A stretch of 38,301 nt of DNA from positions 1 to 38,301 of the IMG/VR virus record IMGVR_UViG_3300025653_000094; one strand, written 5' to 3'. This document shows, piece by piece, positions 34,135-38,301 of the stretch. Under the pieces are notes generated by a model that saw only the letters and a program-made list of their open reading frames with translations, made no database searches and was not told where the DNA came from. This stretch comes from a virus. Lineage: Duplodnaviria > Caudoviricetes. Each line of letters starts with the position of its first letter. Positions within the stretch are counted from its first letter, which is position 1. Position numbers and translations under genes: made by a program.

Positions 34135-35886
34135 ATGGCCCAAGCTTATACACGACAAAGTACATTTTCAGATGGCGATACAATTACTGCTGCGTTATTT
34201 AATGATGAATATAATCAGTTAGTCAACGCATTTAATTATTCTAGTAGCAGTTCAACTTCTACTGGACACCGACACGATGGAACAGCCGGTCAAGGCGGTA
34301 ATATACCTCAGATTGGTGACTTAGACTTTTTAAATAAAATTGTAGTAGATAGTACCAACAATCGTTGGGGCTTTTTTGTAGAAGTTTCTAGTGCCGCTGT
34401 AGAACAAATTCGTATTCAAGATGGTGCTATTGTACCCGTAACTGATAACGACATTGATCTTGGTACTAGCTCATTAGAGTTTAAAGATCTTTATTTAGAC
34501 GGTACAGCAACTATTGACACATTGACGGTTGATGGGGCCGCTACAGTTGGAACAACTCTTGGCGTAACAGGCGCTACAACGCTCTCTAGCACTCTAGGAG
34601 TGACAGGAGCTACGACCCTATCCAGTACCCTTGGTGTCGCTGGAGCGACCACACTAAGCTCTACGTTGGCTGTAACAGGCACTTCTACACTGACAGGAAA
34701 TGTCACAGCAACTAATGACTTGAGTATTGGTGGTAATCTAACTGTTACGGGCAACGCTACAATCTCTGGTAATCTTACGTTTGGGGATGCAGATACAGAC
34801 ACCATTACAATTGGTGCAGATGTAGCTTCGCATATTGTTCCAGATGTTGATAATACTTATGATCTTGGAACTTCTACAAAAGAGTGGCGAAACCTTTATA
34901 TTGATGGTACAGCCAACATTGATAGCCTTGTAGCTGATACTGCTGATATTAATGCAGGCACAATTGATAATACAGCTATTGGAGCTACAACAGCCTCCAC
35001 AGGTAATTTCTCTACGCTGTCTATTGGTGGAACTGCAATTACCTCTACGGCTACTGAATTAAATATTGTAGACGGTAGCACAACAGCTACGGCTACAACG
35101 CTTGCAGACGCTGACCGTGTTGTAGTCAACGATGCAGGCGTAATGGTGCAAGTAGCTCTTACAGACTTTGAAACTTATTTTGAGTCTGCACTAGATACTC
35201 TTCCAAACGTAACGACTGTTGGAGCCTTAAATGCTGGTTCTATTACTTCAGGGTTTGGAGCTATTGATAATGGCTCATCAGCTATTACAACATTAGGCAC
35301 TATAACTTACGGAAGCCTATCAGACGGTACAATAACTATTACGGCCTTTGTAGATGAAGATGATATGGTATCTAATTCTGCAACGCTTGTGCCTACACAA
35401 CAATCAGTCAAAGCTTATGTAGACTCTCAAGTAACTGCACAAGACTTAGACTTTCAGGGTGACTCTGGTGGTGCATTAAGCATTGATCTAGACTCTGAAA
35501 CTTTTACGATTGCTGGTGGCACGGGTATTGATACAACTGGCGCGACTAATACGCTGACGGTTGCAATTGATTCAACTGTGACTACGCTTACGGGTACTCA
35601 AACCCTTACAAACAAAACACTTACTGCTCCTGTTATTTCTACTATAAGTAATACAGGTACTTTGACACTGCCAACGTCTACTGACACTTTGGTTGGTCGA
35701 GACACAACTGATACATTAACAAACAAGACCTTAACATCTGCGGTATTGAATACTAGTGTTTCTGGTACAGCAATACTTGACGAAGATGATATGGCTTCTA
35801 ATTCTGCAACTCAACTTATCACTCAACAGAGCGCAAAAGCTTATATAGATGCTACAGCCACTGCGCTTGCAATTGCACTGGGGTAA
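34135..35886 (+). CDS. Tail fibre / fibre-base protein
   Basis: YTRQS...FN-x-EYNQL N-terminus; Thr-rich; internal repeats; C-terminal ALAIALG. Confidence 0.75.
   Translation: MAQAYTRQSTFSDGDTITAALFNDEYNQLVNAFNYSSSSSTSTGHRHDGTAGQGGNIPQIGDLDFLNKIVVDSTNNRWGFFVEVSSAAVEQIRIQDGAIVPVTDNDIDLGTSSLEFKDLYLDGTATIDTLTVDGAATVGTTLGVTGATTLSSTLGVTGATTLSSTLGVAGATTLSSTLAVTGTSTLTGNVTATNDLSIGGNLTVTGNATISGNLTFGDADTDTITIGADVASHIVPDVDNTYDLGTSTKEWRNLYIDGTANIDSLVADTADINAGTIDNTAIGATTASTGNFSTLSIGGTAITSTATELNIVDGSTTATATTLADADRVVVNDAGVMVQVALTDFETYFESALDTLPNVTTVGALNAGSITSGFGAIDNGSSAITTLGTITYGSLSDGTITITAFVDEDDMVSNSATLVPTQQSVKAYVDSQVTAQDLDFQGDSGGALSIDLDSETFTIAGGTGIDTTGATNTLTVAIDSTVTTLTGTQTLTNKTLTAPVISTISNTGTLTLPTSTDTLVGRDTTDTLTNKTLTSAVLNTSVSGTAILDEDDMASNSATQLITQQSAKAYIDATATALAIALG
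34555..34700 (+). repeat. In-frame 36-nt tandem repeat encoding (TLGVTGATTLSS), ~4 copies
   Basis: Near-identical peptide units with divergent synonymous codons. Confidence 0.8.
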
Positions 35887-35889
35887 ATT

Positions 35890-36222
35890 ATGGCTAATAC
35901 TTTTAAAAATGCTTCACTCGCTGATGTAAGCAGTGGTTCATACGACACACTTTATACAACACCTGCAAGCACTACTACCGTTGTTCTTGGTGTAGCTTTG
36001 GCGAATAAGAATGCAAGTGCTATTACTGCTAAGGTGCAATTTACTGATTCTTCAGGCTCTGTAACGCGACAGCTACTAGAGGACGTAACAATCCCCGGTA
36101 ATACAACGCTAGAAGTTTTATCAGGTCAAAAATATATTTTAGAGGCCGCAGATATTTTAAAGGTTCAAGCGGGAACAGCCACTTCTTTGGATGTTGTTGC
36201 TGGAGTAATGGAGATTAGTTAA
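35890..36222 (+). CDS. Small tail-associated beta-rich protein (MANTFKN type)
   Basis: 110 aa between fibre genes. Confidence 0.7.
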   Translation: MANTFKNASLADVSSGSYDTLYTTPASTTTVVLGVALANKNASAITAKVQFTDSSGSVTRQLLEDVTIPGNTTLEVLSGQKYILEAADILKVQAGTATSLDVVAGVMEIS

Positions 36223-37514
36223 TGGCTATTACTACAATAAATAGTTTAGCAATTCCTGCTGGTACTGTTGTTTCGGCAGACTTGACGTATCCGCTGACTG
36301 GCTTTAGCTCTACGGGTATTGACGATAATGCTACGTCTACTGCGATTACGATTGATGCGTCAGAGAATGTTGGTATTGGTGGAAGCCCAGTTTCCTCGAC
36401 TAGACGCCTCATGGTTACAGACACAGGTGACGTTCGTGTGGATATACGCTCTGGCTCTGACACCAACTTAGGCGCTGTTGACTTTAGTGACACCAGCAAC
36501 ACGGCGCGTGGTCAGATTATTTATGATCATTCTGATGACTCTTTGCAGGTAAGAACGCTTTCAACAGAACGTATGCGTATCGACTCCAGCGGCAACGTTG
36601 GTATTGGCGAGACATCCCCTGCAAGAGGGCTTCATGTAAAAGATGCTGCTCAAACTATTGCAAGGTTTGAATCTACCAGCACAAGTAGAGGGGTTATTTC
36701 TATATTAGACGCAAATACTACGGATGATACATCTGTTGGTATTGGCGCGGTCGCTAATGATCTTGTTCTGTACTCTGGCAATCTAACTGAGGGTATTAGG
36801 CTAAATAGCTCTGGCAATGTTGGTATTGGTACTGCGAGTCCTCAGTTTCAGCTACATTTAAGTGGTTCTGCTCCCGGTGTTGTAATGAGCGAAACTGGGG
36901 CAGTTAAATACTACAGAAACCGCGCCGCTGCCTCTGCATTAACTTGGGACATTCTTAATACAGACTACTCATATAATTCTGAAGCCATGCGTATCGACTC
37001 TAGCGGCAACTTGCTGGTTGGTAAAACAAGTTTAAGCGACACGACTGTTGGTTTTCAAGTAGAACCAAGTGGAAGAACAACTTCAACAATGGCCTCCTCC
37101 ACTAGTGGAACATCTTCATTTAATCTTTATTCTACAGGAGCAGGAGCATATAGGTTTTATGTTAGTTTGGACGGACAGGTACGAGCAACTAACACTAGCA
37201 TACTTGCTATCTCTGACGCTTCTCTAAAAGAAAACGTAAGGGACTTGGACAAGGGACTTGACACAATCAATGCCTTACAGCCTCGCAGGTTTGATTGGAA
37301 GAACGGTGACGGTAACGACATCATGGGCTTTATTGCTCAAGAAGTTGAAGAAGTCATGCCTGAGTTGGTTCACGACTACAAGTACACCGATGAAGAAAAC
37401 AAGAAAGGTCTGAAGATGGGCGACATGGTTCCGTCTATGGTTAAGGCTATCCAAGAACTTTCAGCACAAGTAACCGAACTCAAAGCCGAAGTAGCGGCAC
37501 TTAAAGGAGCTTAA
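36222..37514 (+). CDS. Tail fibre with a C-terminal intramolecular chaperone (peptidase S74-like)
   Basis: RIDSSGNVGIG repeats; SDASLKENV...F-x-WK...GFIAQEVEEV-x-PE-x-V; terminal coiled coil. Confidence 0.88.
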   Translation: MAITTINSLAIPAGTVVSADLTYPLTGFSSTGIDDNATSTAITIDASENVGIGGSPVSSTRRLMVTDTGDVRVDIRSGSDTNLGAVDFSDTSNTARGQIIYDHSDDSLQVRTLSTERMRIDSSGNVGIGETSPARGLHVKDAAQTIARFESTSTSRGVISILDANTTDDTSVGIGAVANDLVLYSGNLTEGIRLNSSGNVGIGTASPQFQLHLSGSAPGVVMSETGAVKYYRNRAAASALTWDILNTDYSYNSEAMRIDSSGNLLVGKTSLSDTTVGFQVEPSGRTTSTMASSTSGTSSFNLYSTGAGAYRFYVSLDGQVRATNTSILAISDASLKENVRDLDKGLDTINALQPRRFDWKNGDGNDIMGFIAQEVEEVMPELVHDYKYTDEENKKGLKMGDMVPSMVKAIQELSAQVTELKAEVAALKGA

Positions 37515-37518
37515 AAGA

Positions 37519-38301
37519 ATGCCATATATAGGACAAGAACCTGTTGCTGGTAACTTCGTACTTTTAGATGCGATTACAACATCTGCAACAGCTACATATG
37601 CGCTAACTAAAAATAGTGTTGCGTATTCTCCAGAGTCTTCAAGAAACATGATAGTTTCTTTGAATGGTGTTACGCAGGCTCCTGAAGCGGCTTATACAGT
37701 TTCTGGAAGCAATATTACTTTTAGTTCGGCGTTAACGGCTTCAGATGTTATTGATTATATATTAGTTCTTGGAGATGTTTTAGATATTGGTAGGCCTTCT
37801 GATGGTGTAGTAGGTACTGACCAAATGAATTATCCGTTAGGTAATTTTAGTTCAACGGGTATTGATGATAATGCGACTTCAACGGCTATTACGATTGATT
37901 CGTCAGAGAATGTTGGTATTGGTACTGCGAGTCCTGATGCAGATTTAGAAATTCGCAAAGACAATGCTTCTGGTCTTGGGGCGGTTCTGTCTCTAACAAA
38001 CAGCAACACAAGTGGACTAACAGGGAATAGTGTTGCTATCGGGTTGTCTGCTTATGCCCATACCACTATAGACAGCGCAAGCTACAGAGGCGCAATCATT
38101 AGAGGTGAAACAACTGCGGCTGGCAATGGACACTCAATTCTTTTTGAAACTAGCGACACAAGCGCAACTCCTGTGGAGCGCGTAAGAATAGACCATGACG
38201 GAAATGTTGGTATTGGTACGACATCAACCAGCGGCGTCCAAGGGTTACTGCACATTCACTCATCATCAGACGATAACGGTGATGGGGATGGTCAAGTCAA
38301 C
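37519..38301 (+). CDS. Tail fibre protein (partial, runs off the window)
   Basis: ATG 37519 after AAGGAG; MPYIGQEP...LNGVTQAP...NVGIG repeats; no stop seen to the window end. Confidence 0.8.
   Translation, partial: MPYIGQEPVAGNFVLLDAITTSATATYALTKNSVAYSPESSRNMIVSLNGVTQAPEAAYTVSGSNITFSSALTASDVIDYILVLGDVLDIGRPSDGVVGTDQMNYPLGNFSSTGIDDNATSTAITIDSSENVGIGTASPDADLEIRKDNASGLGAVLSLTNSNTSGLTGNSVAIGLSAYAHTTIDSASYRGAIIRGETTAAGNGHSILFETSDTSATPVERVRIDHDGNVGIGTTSTSGVQGLLHIHSSSDDNGDGDGQVN

Noticed and set aside
34555-34700. 36-nt periodic repeat as a CRISPR array
   Set aside because: In-frame peptide repeat with synonymous divergence and no spacers
36288-37923. Fibre-gene repeat pair as a DGR template/variable repeat
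   Set aside because: Differences are mostly synonymous and not adenine-specific, and no reverse transcriptase is present in the window

Overview
Most of the genome of a lytic, podovirus-like dsDNA phage, probably marine (inferred from gene content), cut inside the tail region at both window ends. Two arms diverge from a ~650-bp non-coding control region (22.4-23.05 kb) and converge at ~5.55 kb. The minus arm holds many small early genes, DUF932, two DNA-glycosylase-like genes, DUF3310, MazG, SSB, a T7-type primase-helicase, a family A DNA polymerase, four nucleases and a class II ribonucleotide reductase. The plus arm holds TerS, TerL, portal, a 534-aa unknown, scaffold, major capsid protein, adaptor, nozzle and tail fibres. 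A 1383-aa internal virion protein and small basic proteins at the window start probably continue that arm. I saw no RNA polymerase, integrase, tRNA or CRISPR. Main signal: a motif R-x-x-(F/Y/M/L/I/K/A)-x-x-G-(G/S) occurs 13 times exactly, plus degenerate copies, in six otherwise unrelated late proteins, mostly at apparent module boundaries. The protein richest in it sits in the maturation-protease slot between portal and scaffold and carries a GPGT-SDSIPARLSDGEFV domain. This suggests a di-glycine polyprotein-processing or capsid-cargo tagging system (inference). Also seen: a triple covarying RNA hairpin before the scaffold gene, back-to-back perfect sigma70 promoters, a palindrome array, twin 13-bp hairpins in the early region and a 176-nt dual-coding overlap at the portal end. 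All family assignments come from motif recognition by eye, not from database searches.
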